In this document: positions 9,613-20,514 of the stretch, one piece after another | Layout of the letters: every line of letters begins with the position of its first letter | Numbering within the stretch: position 1 is the stretch's first letter | NCBI GenBank assembly: GCA_965658655.1 | Contig: CBFHTA010000003.1 | Location: 32,001 to 96,000 of the forward strand | DNA length: 64,000 bases | Direction of reading: 5' to 3' | DNA from: Candidatus Babelota bacterium | Lineage (GTDB): Bacteria; Babelota; Babeliae; Babelales; CAIQNR01 | Notes under the pieces: model-generated | What the model was told of the DNA's origin: nothing | The model's database searches: none | The model's input: the letters and a program-made list of their open reading frames with translations, nothing else | Made by a program: the position numbers and the translations under genes

Positions 9613-10173
9613 CTATTTCTTTTTTTCTGTTTTTGAACGAAACGGCATATTGAAAGACTTTAACAAAGCTGCTGCTTGTTCGTCGTTTTTAGCCGTTGTA
9701 CAAATTGTAACGTTAAGACCAAATGCCTTATCTCCACTTGTATCATCTGCTTCAGGAAACACTGACCACTCTTTGACTCCAAGGTTATAATTACCCTTGC
9801 GATCAAATTTTGTTCCTACACCTCTAAAATCTCTAACATTTGGAAGTGCAATGCTGATAAGACGATCAAGAAATTCATACATTTTTTTCTTACGCAAAGT
9901 TACCATAACACCTAATGGCATACCTTCACGAATTTTAAATCCCGCAATAGATTTTCTTGCTTTTGTTTGAACAACTTTTTGTCCAGCAATCTTCTCTAGT
10001 GTCTTTGCAACCTTTTGCAAAATACGGCTATCTCCAACAGCTTCTTTTACACCTACGTTCAGTACAACTTTAGAAACTTCAGGCACATTTACAATATTCT
10101 TGATTTCTAAACTTTTCTGCAACTCGGCACGAAGCTTTGTATCATATAATTCTTTAAGTCGCGGCTTTGTCAT
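9613..10173 (-). CDS. rplE: 50S ribosomal protein L5
   Basis: ARKSIAGFKIREG, VTLR, RDFRG. Confidence 0.97.
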   Translation of the reverse strand: MTKPRLKELYDTKLRAELQKSLEIKNIVNVPEVSKVVLNVGVKEAVGDSRILQKVAKTLEKIAGQKVVQTKARKSIAGFKIREGMPLGVMVTLRKKKMYEFLDRLISIALPNVRDFRGVGTKFDRKGNYNLGVKEWSVFPEADDTSGDKAFGLNVTICTTAKNDEQAAALLKSFNMPFRSKTEKKK

Positions 10174-10185
10174 AATCTATAACCT

Positions 10186-10497
10186 TTAAATAATCTCTTT
10201 GCAACGAGTGCAGATACGTACGCGTTTACCATCTTCTAATTGCTTAGCTCCAACACGTGCGGTCTTTTTACACGAAGAACAAATAGGCATCACATTTGGT
10301 GCGTATATGTAAGATTCTTCTTTACGAATCCCAGAAGTCTCACCTTGGCGACGAGCTTTAACGTGCCTAGTTACAATACTTACCCCTTTAATCTTTACCT
10401 TGTCTTTCTTGGGTAAGATAGCCAAAACTACGCCTTCTTTTCCCTTATCTTTTCCTGCGATAACTTTTACTTTATCATTTTTCTTTATACGCATCAT
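10186..10497 (-). CDS. rplX: 50S ribosomal protein L24 with two CxxC motifs
   Basis: KOW motif DKVKVIAGKDKGKEG; CSSC and CTRC. Confidence 0.96.
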   Translation of the reverse strand: MMRIKKNDKVKVIAGKDKGKEGVVLAILPKKDKVKIKGVSIVTRHVKARRQGETSGIRKEESYIYAPNVMPICSSCKKTARVGAKQLEDGKRVRICTRCKEII

Positions 10498-10516
10498 TTG
10501 TCGTTACCTTTATGCT

Positions 10517-10894
10517 CTACAAAACTTCCGGCGCCAATGAAACTATTTTAGAAAAGCCCTTGCTTCCTTTACGAGGACGCAATTCACGAGCAACTGGCCC
10601 AAAAATACGTGTTGCCACCATTTCATTATCTTTTACTATCACAGCAGCGTTTTCGCTAAAACGAATGTAACTACCGTCTTCACGACGAAATTCTTTTTTT
10701 GTTCTTACAATTACCGCCGTTACCACATCGCTTTTTTTAACTACTCCACCAGGGATAGCAGTTTTAACTGCGCACTTTACAAGATCACCTAAATAAGCAA
10801 ACCGTTTTCTAGTGCTTCCAATAATATGAATACATTGAATTTTCTTTGCACCCGAATTATCTGCAACTACTAAATATGATTCTTTTTGTATCAT
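10517..10894 (-). CDS. rplN: 50S ribosomal protein L14
   Basis: [27 protein letters not shown]. Confidence 0.98.
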   Translation of the reverse strand: MIQKESYLVVADNSGAKKIQCIHIIGSTRKRFAYLGDLVKCAVKTAIPGGVVKKSDVVTAVIVRTKKEFRREDGSYIRFSENAAVIVKDNEMVATRIFGPVARELRPRKGSKGFSKIVSLAPEVL

Positions 10895-11202
10895 AGCTTT
10901 TTCTCCACAGATGAAACGCCCAAATCAGACTTTTTAACTACTCGAGTTAAATGCATATGCTTTGTTTTTGAAAGCGGACGACCTTCTTGAAATTCAACTG
11001 TGTCACCTTTTGCTGCTTCTTCTTTTTGATCATGCACTTTATATTTCTTTTGCACTTTCAAAACTTTTCCAAAAAGCGGATGTTTAAATTTCCTTGTTAC
11101 TTCAACAACAATTGTTTTATCCATTTTGTCAGAAACAACTTCCCCAGACAAAACGCGCTTTGTCATTTGTTGCTCTTTTGCAACTTTTTTTTCTTTACTC
11201 AT
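10891..11202 (-). CDS. rpsQ: 30S ribosomal protein S17
   Basis: [26 protein letters not shown]. Confidence 0.97.
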   Translation of the reverse strand: MSKEKKVAKEQQMTKRVLSGEVVSDKMDKTIVVEVTRKFKHPLFGKVLKVQKKYKVHDQKEEAAKGDTVEFQEGRPLSKTKHMHLTRVVKKSDLGVSSVEKKL

Positions 11203-11425
11203 TTGTAAGCTCTTTCTTATCTAAAGTGCCTTCTTGAAGCTTTAAATAGGTGAGCCCTCGTGCAATATTTTTTCGCAATTTGGTAAATTGAGAAAAATCT
11301 TTTACATGAGAAGTTGCTGCATTTAACCTAAGGCTAAGCAGTTGCCTTCTCCACTCAATCACCTTTGCTTTGAGCTCTGTAGCACCTAATCCTGCAAGTT
11401 CTTTAGTGATATTAGTTTTTTTCAT
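11195..11425 (-). CDS. rpmC: 50S ribosomal protein L29
   Basis: LLSLR...LRKNIAR..T; between rplP and rpsQ. Confidence 0.92.
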   Translation of the reverse strand: MKKTNITKELAGLGATELKAKVIEWRRQLLSLRLNAATSHVKDFSQFTKLRKNIARGLTYLKLQEGTLDKKELTNE

Positions 11426-11844
11426 ACTTTAGCCTCCTGGACCTTCTTAACAAATCGTGTTTTCATAGGAAGCTTCGATTTTACTAAACTAAAAATCTCT
11501 CTTGCCCGTTCTTCTTTAACCCCTGCTATTTCACAAATAACACGGCCTCGCTTTACTACAGCAACCCACAATTCAGGGTTCCCTTTACCTTTTCCCATTC
11601 GTGTTTCAGCTGGCTTTTTAGTTACCGGCTTATCTGGAAACACTCGTAAGAAAAATGTACCTTCTTTTTTCAATTTACGAGACATAGTCACACGAATCGC
11701 CTCAATCTGCTGCGCAGAAAGCCATACAGGAACAACAGCCTCTAAGCCATAGTCACCAAAAGCAACGGTGCGACACCCTTTGGAAATACCTCTACGTTTT
11801 CCTCGCTGGACTTTTCTATATTTAGTTTTTTTAGGCATCAACAT
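11422..11844 (-). CDS. rplP: 50S ribosomal protein L16
   Basis: MLMPKKTKYRK, KPAETRMGKGKG. Confidence 0.98.
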   Translation of the reverse strand: MLMPKKTKYRKVQRGKRRGISKGCRTVAFGDYGLEAVVPVWLSAQQIEAIRVTMSRKLKKEGTFFLRVFPDKPVTKKPAETRMGKGKGNPELWVAVVKRGRVICEIAGVKEERAREIFSLVKSKLPMKTRFVKKVQEAKV

Positions 11845-11863
11845 AATGTTTTCTTTCTATCAC

Positions 11864-12496
11864 TTATGCAAACTGATATTCGCCACGACCAATCCACACT
11901 TTCACACCAATTTTACCGTAGGTTGTTTGAGCTTCAATAAACCCATAGTCAATATCAGCACGTAAGGTATGAAGAGGAACCGATCCCATTCTTAACCATT
12001 CAGTACGAGCAATTTCAGCCCCATTCAAACGACCAGCACAACAGATTTTAATTCCTTTTGCACCCGCACGCAATGTATTTGCTGCAGCTCTCTTCATGGC
12101 TTTCTTATAGCTACCACGTCGCTCCAATTGTCCCGCAATATTAAGCGCCACTAATGTTGCATCTAAATCGGGATTCTTTACTTCTTGGACTGAAATTTCA
12201 ATTGCATTCTTTTTTACAATTTTAGCAATTTCTTTACGCAAGTTATCAATCTCTTGACCTTTTTTACCAATTAAAATTCCTGGGCGTCCAGAATGAATGA
12301 TAATCTTTATATTATCGCCAGCCTTTTCAATTTCAACGCGAGAAACTTCCCCGTTACGCAATCGCTTTGCTAGAAAATTTCTAATCTTCATATCTTCTAG
12401 CAATTGATCGCCGTAATTTCTACGTGCAAACCAACGAGCATCCCAATCTCTATAAACGCCGACTCTAAAACCTTTTGGGTTTACCTTTTGTCCCAC
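11864..12496 (-). CDS. rpsC: 30S ribosomal protein S3
   Basis: MGQKVNP.GFR, GRLNGAEIARTE, PLHTLRADIDY. Confidence 0.98.
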   Translation of the reverse strand: MGQKVNPKGFRVGVYRDWDARWFARRNYGDQLLEDMKIRNFLAKRLRNGEVSRVEIEKAGDNIKIIIHSGRPGILIGKKGQEIDNLRKEIAKIVKKNAIEISVQEVKNPDLDATLVALNIAGQLERRGSYKKAMKRAAANTLRAGAKGIKICCAGRLNGAEIARTEWLRMGSVPLHTLRADIDYGFIEAQTTYGKIGVKVWIGRGEYQFA

Positions 12497-12497
12497 A

Positions 12498-12848
12498 CTA
12501 AGCCTCTTTTGCTTGCTGTTTTGATTCTAATACAACACTGATATGACTAAACCTTCTACGCTGTGGAGCTGCTTTACCCATAGAACCTGGCTTATAGTAG
12601 CGGAAGGAGCGTCCTTGATCTATGGCAATATGTTTCACCAATAAATCTGCATCTTCTACCCCTTGGAGATTTTTTGCATTGGCTACCGCAGATTCAATCA
12701 ATTTTTTTATCGGTCTTACGCGCTGCAAAGACTGGGTAGAAAGCCACTGGAGCGCATATGTAGCACTCTTTCCCCTTACCACATCAACAAGTGGTCTTAA
12801 CTTAAAGGGAGAAAAAGGAATGTTTTTCGATTTTGCTTTAAACTGCAT
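12498..12848 (-). CDS. rplV: 50S ribosomal protein L22, divergent hairpin tip
   Basis: SP.K.R..VD.VRGK, KLIESAVANA, SHISVV; between rpsS and rpsC. Confidence 0.95.
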   Translation of the reverse strand: MQFKAKSKNIPFSPFKLRPLVDVVRGKSATYALQWLSTQSLQRVRPIKKLIESAVANAKNLQGVEDADLLVKHIAIDQGRSFRYYKPGSMGKAAPQRRRFSHISVVLESKQQAKEA

Positions 12849-12892
12849 TATAGCCTCAAACTCGTTATATTCATGCTTTTAGTGTACCGCAA

Positions 12893-13180
12893 TTACCCTT
12901 TAGGGGCAACTCCAGCTTTTCGTTGACCACTGTGTAACCTAAATGTACGTGTGGGAGCGAATTCACCTAAGTAATGTCCTACCATGTCTTCAGAGATAAA
13001 CACTGAGACAAATTTTTTACCATTATGTACTGCAATAGTAAGTCCCACAAATTCAGGAATTATCATACTGCGTCGAGACCAAGTTTTAATGGGCTCTGTT
13101 TTTTTATCGGCTTTTGATTTTTGCACCTTTTTAATAAGCGATGCATCTACAAAAGGGCCTTTTCTCGTTGATCGACTCAT
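12893..13180 (-). CDS. rpsS: 30S ribosomal protein S19
   Basis: [27 protein letters not shown]. Confidence 0.98.
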   Translation of the reverse strand: MSRSTRKGPFVDASLIKKVQKSKADKKTEPIKTWSRRSMIIPEFVGLTIAVHNGKKFVSVFISEDMVGHYLGEFAPTRTFRLHSGQRKAGVAPKG

Positions 13181-13197
13181 AGTTCTCTATTCCCTAC

Positions 13198-14031
13198 TTA
13201 CTTATTTTTTTTAGACGATGGACGTCGTTTTAAAATAAGCGGATTCTTACGTCTACGGGTTCTTGTACCCTTACAACCTTTACCCCATGGAGTTTGTGGA
13301 TGAGAACCAGACTTTGATCGCCCTTCACCACCACCATGCGGATGATCTACAGGGTTCATAGCCATACCTCGAACAGAAGGACGAAAACCTCTCTGACGAG
13401 TTCTACCAGCTTTACCCCAAGAAATATTTTTGTAGTCAGCGTTACCAAGTACACCTACAGTAGCCCAACAATCCAAATGCACTTGACGCATTTCTCTTGA
13501 TGGCATACGCAAGGTTGCGTACTCATCGGTTTTTGCCATAAGCTGAACCGAAGTTCCGGCACTACGCGCAATTTTTCCACCAGAACCTGGTCTAATTTCA
13601 ATGTTGTGAACAGTGAAACCAACTGGAATACTTCTAAGTGGCATTGCATTACCTGGTTTTGCCTCTATGCTAACACCAGCAATAACAGGGCTGCCTACTT
13701 TAAGACCTTCTGGAAGAAGAATATAACGTTGTTCACCGCTGTTATAAGCAACTAAACCAATACGTACGTTACGGTTTGGATCGTATTCAACTGACGTAAC
13801 TTTACCCGGAATATCTCTTACACTACGCGCAAAATCGATTACACGATATTTTCTACGCGCACCGCCACCACGATGACGAACAGTAATTCTTCCGTATGCG
13901 TTACGACCACCTTTTTTACGTAAGCCAACTGTTAATTTTTTATTTGGTTTCTTCGTCGTAATATCTTCAGAAGAAATAAAGGTTTGAAAGCGAAGAGAAG
14001 CATTTCTTGGTTTTCTTTTTACAATTGCCAT
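13198..14031 (-). CDS. rplB: 50S ribosomal protein L2
   Basis: GRIT.RHRGGG, EYDPNR, AMNPVDHPHGGGEG. Confidence 0.98.
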   Translation of the reverse strand: MAIVKRKPRNASLRFQTFISSEDITTKKPNKKLTVGLRKKGGRNAYGRITVRHRGGGARRKYRVIDFARSVRDIPGKVTSVEYDPNRNVRIGLVAYNSGEQRYILLPEGLKVGSPVIAGVSIEAKPGNAMPLRSIPVGFTVHNIEIRPGSGGKIARSAGTSVQLMAKTDEYATLRMPSREMRQVHLDCWATVGVLGNADYKNISWGKAGRTRQRGFRPSVRGMAMNPVDHPHGGGEGRSKSGSHPQTPWGKGCKGTRTRRRKNPLILKRRPSSKKNK

Positions 14032-14034
14032 ATC

Positions 14035-14379
14035 TTACTCCTTCGCCTGCGCAGCTTGTACATGATCAGTAGCTACCACATCTGTACCACTTTGTCCTAG
14101 AACATCAATTGAGTAACCTTCTTTAAGGGTTACAATTGCTTTCTTTTCATGTACACCTTTGATTGGTCGACGATTTGCTATACGATTTTTTGGTTTACGT
14201 ATGCTAATGCGAACCTTATCAACCTTTACATTAAATAACTTTTCAAGCGCTTCTTTAACCAAAGGCTTATTCGCTTTCATGTGAACCTTAATAATAAGTT
14301 GTTTTAACTTATTATTAACGCGATAAGCTTTATCGGTTATTACCGGGCCTTTGATAATATCATAAATCGTTATGTCCAT
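14035..14379 (-). CDS. rplW: 50S ribosomal protein L23
   Basis: IIKGPVIT.K, ANK..VK.A.EKLFNVKV, KKAIVTL. Confidence 0.95.
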   Translation of the reverse strand: MDITIYDIIKGPVITDKAYRVNNKLKQLIIKVHMKANKPLVKEALEKLFNVKVDKVRISIRKPKNRIANRRPIKGVHEKKAIVTLKEGYSIDVLGQSGTDVVATDHVQAAQAKE

Positions 14380-15014
14380 TGAGCCACCATAGTTTTAAAC
14401 GCATCAATGTCTTTCTTAAATACAACCCAATGTCCTGCATCTGACAATACATATGCATTAGGAGCATCCATAAAAACAATACGTGCTGAAGGAATATTCA
14501 AGAACGACTTTGCCGTTACCAAATCATTAGCAGGAACAAAGATATTAACTTGCTCACCCTTTAGCTTTGCTGTTTTAATTACTTCCATTGCTTGTTTTGT
14601 ATTTGGCTTATCACCTTTAAGGGACCAATCAAGAACAAGCAAACGCTTATTATCTAGCACTCCTTGCAAGATATCTCTTACTACTGCATGACGGAGTTTT
14701 TTAGTAACCTTTAATGTACGTGTACGTTTTTGTGGTCCAAAAATAACACCTCCACCACGCCATAGAGGAGACTTTACGCTTCCTACACGAGCACGACCAG
14801 TTCCTTTTTGTCGCCATGGCTTTTTTGTAGAACCAGTCACTTGACTACGAGACTGACATCCCACAGTACCCTGTCTCCAATTATGCAACAAACCTCTTAT
14901 AGCTTGTGCAAATGCGCTAGGAGAAAGTGACTCATCGGATTTTGTAATACCAAGATCCTTTGCACCTAACGTTTGATTCTTTGAAGAACGATCTTCTGTT
15001 GTTTTTTGACTCAT
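14370..15014 (-). CDS. rplD: 50S ribosomal protein L4
   Basis: RQGT, KKPWRQKGTGRAR.GS..SPLWRGGGVIFGP. Confidence 0.96.
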   Translation of the reverse strand: MSQKTTEDRSSKNQTLGAKDLGITKSDESLSPSAFAQAIRGLLHNWRQGTVGCQSRSQVTGSTKKPWRQKGTGRARVGSVKSPLWRGGGVIFGPQKRTRTLKVTKKLRHAVVRDILQGVLDNKRLLVLDWSLKGDKPNTKQAMEVIKTAKLKGEQVNIFVPANDLVTAKSFLNIPSARIVFMDAPNAYVLSDAGHWVVFKKDIDAFKTMVAQWT

Positions 15015-15634
15015 GCTCTACCTTTGCGAACAAAAACTAATGAACCCGCTTTTCCTGGAACGGAGCCCTTAATAACAATTGCATTGTCATCTTTAAGAAC
15101 TTTAACCACTTCAAGACCTTGCATAGTTCTTTTCTTAACACCCATGTGACCAGGAAACTTCTTACCTTTGATAACTTTACCACTTCGTGTTAAACCACCA
15201 ACTGAACCCGGTGTTTTACCCATAGTACAACCGTGACTTCCACGACCACCCGCAAAGTTCCATCGTCTTACAACACCTGCAAAACCCGCACCTTTAGTCA
15301 CACCAGATACATCAACTGAATCACCTTCGTTAAAAAGCATGTAGAAATCAGCAAGTTTTCCGATTTCTAAACCTTCAACAGGTTCTTTCAAAGGAATTTC
15401 ACGAACAAAACTGAAGTAGGCTCTTTTCTCTTTGAGCCACGCAGGAGAGAATTGTTCTTTATCATAGCGTTTCTTTACTTTTCCTACCTGCACAGCGAGG
15501 TATCCATCACGTTCCTGTGTTTTAATATCAGTAATATACCACGATGATATATCAATCACCGTTGCAGGAACTACCTTGTTACCGGAAAAAAGTTGGGTCA
15601 TACCAATCTTTTTCCCCCAAAAACCACCTACCAT
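15011..15634 (-). CDS. rplC: 50S ribosomal protein L3
   Basis: GKKIGMTQ, RDGY.AVQ, KG.GFAG, PGHMG. Confidence 0.97.
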   Translation of the reverse strand: MVGGFWGKKIGMTQLFSGNKVVPATVIDISSWYITDIKTQERDGYLAVQVGKVKKRYDKEQFSPAWLKEKRAYFSFVREIPLKEPVEGLEIGKLADFYMLFNEGDSVDVSGVTKGAGFAGVVRRWNFAGGRGSHGCTMGKTPGSVGGLTRSGKVIKGKKFPGHMGVKKRTMQGLEVVKVLKDDNAIVIKGSVPGKAGSLVFVRKGRA

Positions 15635-15652
15635 GAAGAGCCTTCCTTCATT

Positions 15653-15958
15653 TTATTTAATCTCTAAATCAACACCTGAAGAAATATTTAATTTCGTCAA
15701 AGCATCTATTGTTTGATCAGACGGAGAAACAATATCCAAAATACGACGATGAGTCGTTAATTGAAATTGCTCTCTTGATTTTTTATCAACATGCGGAGAA
15801 CGCAAAACAGTAAACACACGCTTTTTGTTTGGCATAGGAACAGGACCGATTAACTCAGCCCCTGTTCTTTTTACCGTCAAACAAATTGCTTTCACTGCTT
15901 TGTCCAGCAACTGATGATCGTAAGATTTTAACGTTACACGAATCTTTGGTTTTTTCAT
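15653..15958 (-). CDS. rpsJ: 30S ribosomal protein S10
   Basis: [22 protein letters not shown]. Confidence 0.98.
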   Translation of the reverse strand: MKKPKIRVTLKSYDHQLLDKAVKAICLTVKRTGAELIGPVPMPNKKRVFTVLRSPHVDKKSREQFQLTTHRRILDIVSPSDQTIDALTKLNISSGVDLEIK

Positions 15959-15971
15959 TTAATAACCAACC

Positions 15972-17156
15972 TTATTCTATAATTTGTGTAATAACACCAG
16001 AACCAACAGTTCTTCCACCTTCACGAACCGCAAAGTGAAGATCTTTTTCCATCGCAATTGGTTTCACCAACTCAACTGTGATAGTAACATCATCACCAGG
16101 CATTACCATTTCACGTCCTTCATCCAAAGTTACAACACCTGTTACATCTGTTGTTCTAAAGTAGAATTGTGGACGGTAACCATTAAAGAATGGACTGTGA
16201 CGACCACCTTCATCTTTTTTCAAAACGTAAATTTGAGCTTTGAATTTTTTATGAGGAGTGATTGTTCCTGGCTTTGCAATAACCATACCACGTTGGATAT
16301 CTTCTTTCTTAATACCACGTAGAAGAAGACCTGCGTTATCACCAGCTTGGCCACTGTCCAAAGTCTTTTTAAACATTTCAACACCAGTTACGGTTGTTTT
16401 GAATGACTTACCAAGACCAATGAGCTCAACTTCTTCACCCACTTTAATCTTACCTTGTTCAATTTTACCTGTTGCCACAGTTCCACGACCTGAAATAGTG
16501 AATACACCTTCAACTGGCATTAGGAACTCTTTGTCAAGATCACGAGTTGGTTCAGGCACTGTTTCATCAACAGCATCCATCAACTTATTAATTGCTTCAA
16601 CACCAGCAGCATCACCTTCAAGAGCTTTTAGTGCAGAACCTTTAATGACCGGAATAGTATCTCCAGGAAATTCATGTTTTTTCAACAAGTCACGAATTTC
16701 TTCTTCAACCATTTCAATCATGTCAGGATCATCTACCATGTCTACTTTGTTCAAGAACACCACAAGCGCTGGTACACCGATGTTTTTTGCTAGCAAAATA
16801 TGCTCATGTGTTTGAGGCATAGGACCATCTGCTGCAGATACAACCAAAATTGCACCATCCATTTGAGCCGCACCAGTAATCATGTTTTTCACGTAATCGG
16901 CGTGACCTGGACAGTCAACATGAGAGTAGTGACGCTTATCTGTTTCATAAGGAACATGAGATGTTGAAATAGTAATACCACGAGCTTTTTCTTCAGGTGC
17001 TTTATCGATAGAAGCAAACTCAGTAAAGTTTGCAAGCCCTTTATCTGACTGCACCTTTGTGATAGCTGCGGTCAATGTTGTTTTTCCGTGGTCAACGTGA
17101 CCAATTGTTCCAATATTAACGTTTGGCTTCTTACGCTCAAACACATCTCTTGCCAT
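15972..17156 (-). CDS. tuf: Elongation factor Tu
   Basis: [33 protein letters not shown]. Confidence 0.99.
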   Translation of the reverse strand: MARDVFERKKPNVNIGTIGHVDHGKTTLTAAITKVQSDKGLANFTEFASIDKAPEEKARGITISTSHVPYETDKRHYSHVDCPGHADYVKNMITGAAQMDGAILVVSAADGPMPQTHEHILLAKNIGVPALVVFLNKVDMVDDPDMIEMVEEEIRDLLKKHEFPGDTIPVIKGSALKALEGDAAGVEAINKLMDAVDETVPEPTRDLDKEFLMPVEGVFTISGRGTVATGKIEQGKIKVGEEVELIGLGKSFKTTVTGVEMFKKTLDSGQAGDNAGLLLRGIKKEDIQRGMVIAKPGTITPHKKFKAQIYVLKKDEGGRHSPFFNGYRPQFYFRTTDVTGVVTLDEGREMVMPGDDVTITVELVKPIAMEKDLHFAVREGGRTVGSGVITQIIE

Positions 17157-17186
17157 AGTATTACTCCTGAAATTGCTACAATAGCG

Positions 17187-19256
17187 TTACTTATTTTTTC
17201 CTAAAACTTCTTCTTCAACATTTTTTGGCATTTCACGATAACACTCAAATTCCATTGAGTAGCTCGCACGTCCTTTAGTTAGAGAACGCAACGTTGTAGA
17301 ATACCCCCCAAGCATTTCTCCAAGAGGTACTTCTGCTTTAATAATTTGGGTCTTACCCTGTTCATCCATGCCAAGAATTCTTCCTCGACGAGAGTTCAAG
17401 TCACCCATCACATCACCCATGTAATCTTCGGGTGTTTCTACTTCAACCTTCATAATCGGTTCCAACAAAACAGGACTTGCCTGTTTCATACCAGACTTGA
17501 AAGCCATAGTTGCTGCAACTTTAAATGCAACCTCAGATGAATCAACATCGTGATATGATCCATCATACAGGGAAGCCCTAACATCTACAACCGGATATCC
17601 ACCAATTGCACCATTATTAATAGCTTCTTCTAAACCTTTTTGAACTGCTGGAATAAATTCACGAGGAATTGTACCCCCAACAATTTTATTTTCAAACTCA
17701 AAGCCTTTACCGCGCTCTAAAGGTTCCATTTTCAACCATACGTGACCATATTGCCCACGACCACCAGATTGCTTTACATATTTACCTTCAACATTAACTG
17801 GCTGTTGAATAGTTTCTTTGTAAGCTACCTGAAGCTTTCCTGGAACAACTTCAATCTTATGTTCACGCTTTAAACGATCAATTTGCACTTCTAAGTGTAA
17901 TTCACCCATACCCGCGATAACCGTTTGGCCTGTTTCTTCATCATAAGACAACTTGAACGATGGATCTTCTTGCGTCATTTTACGCAATGCAAGAATCATC
18001 TTTTCGTAATCACCTTTTGCTTTTGGTTCAACAGATGAAGAAATAACTGATGCAGGAATATCAATATTTTCTAACAATATTGTTTTCTTAAGGTCAGAAA
18101 GCGTATCACCAGTCTTAACATCTTTAACACCTACAAAAGCTGCAATATCCCCCGCTTCTACTTTATCAATCTCTTCTCGCTTATTAGAATGCATTCTAAT
18201 CAAACGACTCACACGTTCCTTGTTACCTGTGCTAACATTTTTAACATATGAACCAGAAGTTAATGTTCCAGAATAAACACGAACAAAAGACAAAGTACCC
18301 ACAAAAGGATCTGTCATAATTTTAAATGCAAGACCTGCAAATGGTTCTTTTGGATCAGCTTTACGCGTCTCTTCTTCATCAGTATCAGGATTCTCTCCTA
18401 CAACCGCAGGAACATCCAATGGAGAGGGCAAGTAATCAATAACAGCGTCCAACATTGGCTGCACACCTTTGTTTTTAAAGGCTGTGCCACAGAATGCAGG
18501 GAACACTTCTCGCTTGAGCACTCCCTTACGCAACGCTGCTTTAATTTCTTCAACAGACATTTCTTTTTCTTCTAAGAATTTTTCTGCTAATTCATCATCA
18601 AATTCAACCGCTGCTTCAATAATTTTTCCGCGCAATTCTTTAATTTGACCTGCATACTGAGGATCTGCATCAACCCAATCAACATCAGAACCTTTATCGT
18701 CCTTGTACTTAACCATTTTGCCAGTTAATACATCTATGATACCTTCAAAATCTTCTGATGATCCAATAGGAATTTGCATTGCAACTGCGTTACCACCTAG
18801 ACGATCTTTAACATCAGACACAACTTTAAAGAAATCAGCCCCGATACGATCCATTTTATTTACAAAAATAATAGATGGGACATCATAGCGAGTAGCTTGT
18901 CGCCACACTGTTTCTGACTGTGGTTGCACTCCGGCAACACCACAAAACACAGAAACCATACCGTCCAACACCCGTAATGAACGACCTACTTCAATCGTGA
19001 AGTCAACGTGACCTGGGGTATCAATAATGTTAATATGATAATCTTTCCAGAAACAAGTAGTCGCTGCAGACTGAATAGTAATTCCACGCTCACGCTCCTG
19101 CTCCATCCAATCCATGACGGCTTCACCTTCGTGAACCTCACCAATCTTGTGAGAAATTCCGGTGTAGAACAAAATACGCTCTGTTACGGTTGTTTTACCC
19201 GCATCAATGTGAGCTGCAATACCTATATTTCTATACTTATTTAAATCTGTTGCCAT
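17187..19256 (-). CDS. fusA: Elongation factor G
   Basis: [34 protein letters not shown]. Confidence 0.99.
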   Translation of the reverse strand: MATDLNKYRNIGIAAHIDAGKTTVTERILFYTGISHKIGEVHEGEAVMDWMEQERERGITIQSAATTCFWKDYHINIIDTPGHVDFTIEVGRSLRVLDGMVSVFCGVAGVQPQSETVWRQATRYDVPSIIFVNKMDRIGADFFKVVSDVKDRLGGNAVAMQIPIGSSEDFEGIIDVLTGKMVKYKDDKGSDVDWVDADPQYAGQIKELRGKIIEAAVEFDDELAEKFLEEKEMSVEEIKAALRKGVLKREVFPAFCGTAFKNKGVQPMLDAVIDYLPSPLDVPAVVGENPDTDEEETRKADPKEPFAGLAFKIMTDPFVGTLSFVRVYSGTLTSGSYVKNVSTGNKERVSRLIRMHSNKREEIDKVEAGDIAAFVGVKDVKTGDTLSDLKKTILLENIDIPASVISSSVEPKAKGDYEKMILALRKMTQEDPSFKLSYDEETGQTVIAGMGELHLEVQIDRLKREHKIEVVPGKLQVAYKETIQQPVNVEGKYVKQSGGRGQYGHVWLKMEPLERGKGFEFENKIVGGTIPREFIPAVQKGLEEAINNGAIGGYPVVDVRASLYDGSYHDVDSSEVAFKVAATMAFKSGMKQASPVLLEPIMKVEVETPEDYMGDVMGDLNSRRGRILGMDEQGKTQIIKAEVPLGEMLGGYSTTLRSLTKGRASYSMEFECYREMPKNVEEEVLGKNK

Positions 19257-19271
19257 TTCCTCGACCCCTAA

Positions 19272-19754
19272 TTACCAAGCGTAGTGTGAGAAAGCTCTGT
19301 TAGCTTCCGCCATACGATGAACATCTGCTTTTTTCTTAACCGCAGCACCACGACCTTCATGCGCTTCAAGTAATTCTTGCGCTAATCGTAACCCCATAGT
19401 CTTATCGGAGCGCCCTTTTGAAGCTGCAATAACCCAACGGATTGCTAACGCACGCGCCCTATTTGGACGAACTTCAGCTGGAATTTGATAAACACTTCCA
19501 CCTACACGACGCGGCTTTACTTCTACAGCTGGAACAACATTTTCGAATGCACGATAAAAGGTCTTAAGCCCTTGCTCTTTATCGCCATTATTTTTCTTAA
19601 TCAAGACTGCAATTGCATCATACACAATAGCACGAGCAATGCTTTTTTTACCTTGATCCATGATGACGTTAATAAATTTCTGAACTAATTCAGAACTATA
19701 CTTAAGATCAACACCAATATCGCGTTTGTAATTTACAGATTTCCTTCTTGGCAT
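19272..19754 (-). CDS. rpsG: 30S ribosomal protein S7
   Basis: RRVGGSVYQIP, HRMAEANRAFSHY. Confidence 0.98.
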   Translation of the reverse strand: MPRRKSVNYKRDIGVDLKYSSELVQKFINVIMDQGKKSIARAIVYDAIAVLIKKNNGDKEQGLKTFYRAFENVVPAVEVKPRRVGGSVYQIPAEVRPNRARALAIRWVIAASKGRSDKTMGLRLAQELLEAHEGRGAAVKKKADVHRMAEANRAFSHYAW

Positions 19755-19765
19755 GTATTAAACCC

Positions 19766-20146
19766 TTACTTAGAACCTTTAGGTCGCTTTGCACCATAAA
19801 GCGAACGTGATTGCTTTCTATTTTCTACACCAGCTGTATCTAACGCACCACGTACAATATGGTACTTAACACCAGGTAAATCCTTTACCTTGCCACCTCG
19901 AATCAGAACCACAGAGTGTTCTTGCAAGTTATGACCTTCCCCTGGAATATAAGCTGTTACTTCAACCCCGGTCGAAAGCTTAACACGAGCTACTTTACGC
20001 AACGCGGAGTTAGGCTTTTTTGGTGTCGTGGTAAAAACACGAGTACAGACGCCACGCATTTGCGGACACCCTTTAAGAGCGGGGCTCTTTGATTTTTCTT
20101 TGATTTTTTTTCTTCCAAATCGGCAAAGCTGATTAATGGTAGGCAT
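19766..20146 (-). CDS. rpsL: 30S ribosomal protein S12
   Basis: [24 protein letters not shown]. Confidence 0.99.
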   Translation of the reverse strand: MPTINQLCRFGRKKIKEKSKSPALKGCPQMRGVCTRVFTTTPKKPNSALRKVARVKLSTGVEVTAYIPGEGHNLQEHSVVLIRGGKVKDLPGVKYHIVRGALDTAGVENRKQSRSLYGAKRPKGSK

Positions 20147-20285
20147 AGTGTGCTATTCCCAATAAAATAAACTAAAAAACTGTATGAGAAACAATTAACC
20201 CGTTCTGAAACGCTAACCCCACAAAAGATGGTATTTATCTTTAATTCAAGATAAACATAAAATTCAGCTCAAAGGTTTAATCGTT

Positions 20286-20313
20286 ATTGTACCGTTTTTC
20301 TATTTTTTTTCAA
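20286..20313 (-). promoter_or_regulatory. Putative promoter of the str operon
   Basis: Minus strand TTGAAA-16 nt-TACAAT about 140 nt upstream of rpsL. Confidence 0.5.
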
Positions 20314-20514
20314 GGGCAATTACGCATAAAGAAAGCTAATCATCAAATTTTTTACCGCTTTTATACTTTTTAGGCTTAATTTAATTGAACTTTTTTAACT
20401 TTTTCTTTTTGTAAAAGCTTTTTGATGACCGAACATAGACTACTCTTAGATTACTTGCTACCATTTGATTCATTATCTTATTATTTCAGCTTATTTAGCC
20501 TAAAGGAGTCTTAT

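Noticed and set aside
16258..16815. 185-aa plus-strand ORF, and similar antisense ORFs over rpoA, fusA, pnp and rpoBC
   Set aside because: Antisense shadows of conserved genes with biased codon use; no RBS or recognisable motifs.
20422..20514. N-terminal extension of RseP from the TTG start
   Set aside because: The strong AAGGAG RBS precedes ATG 20515, so the extension is probably an ORF-calling artefact.
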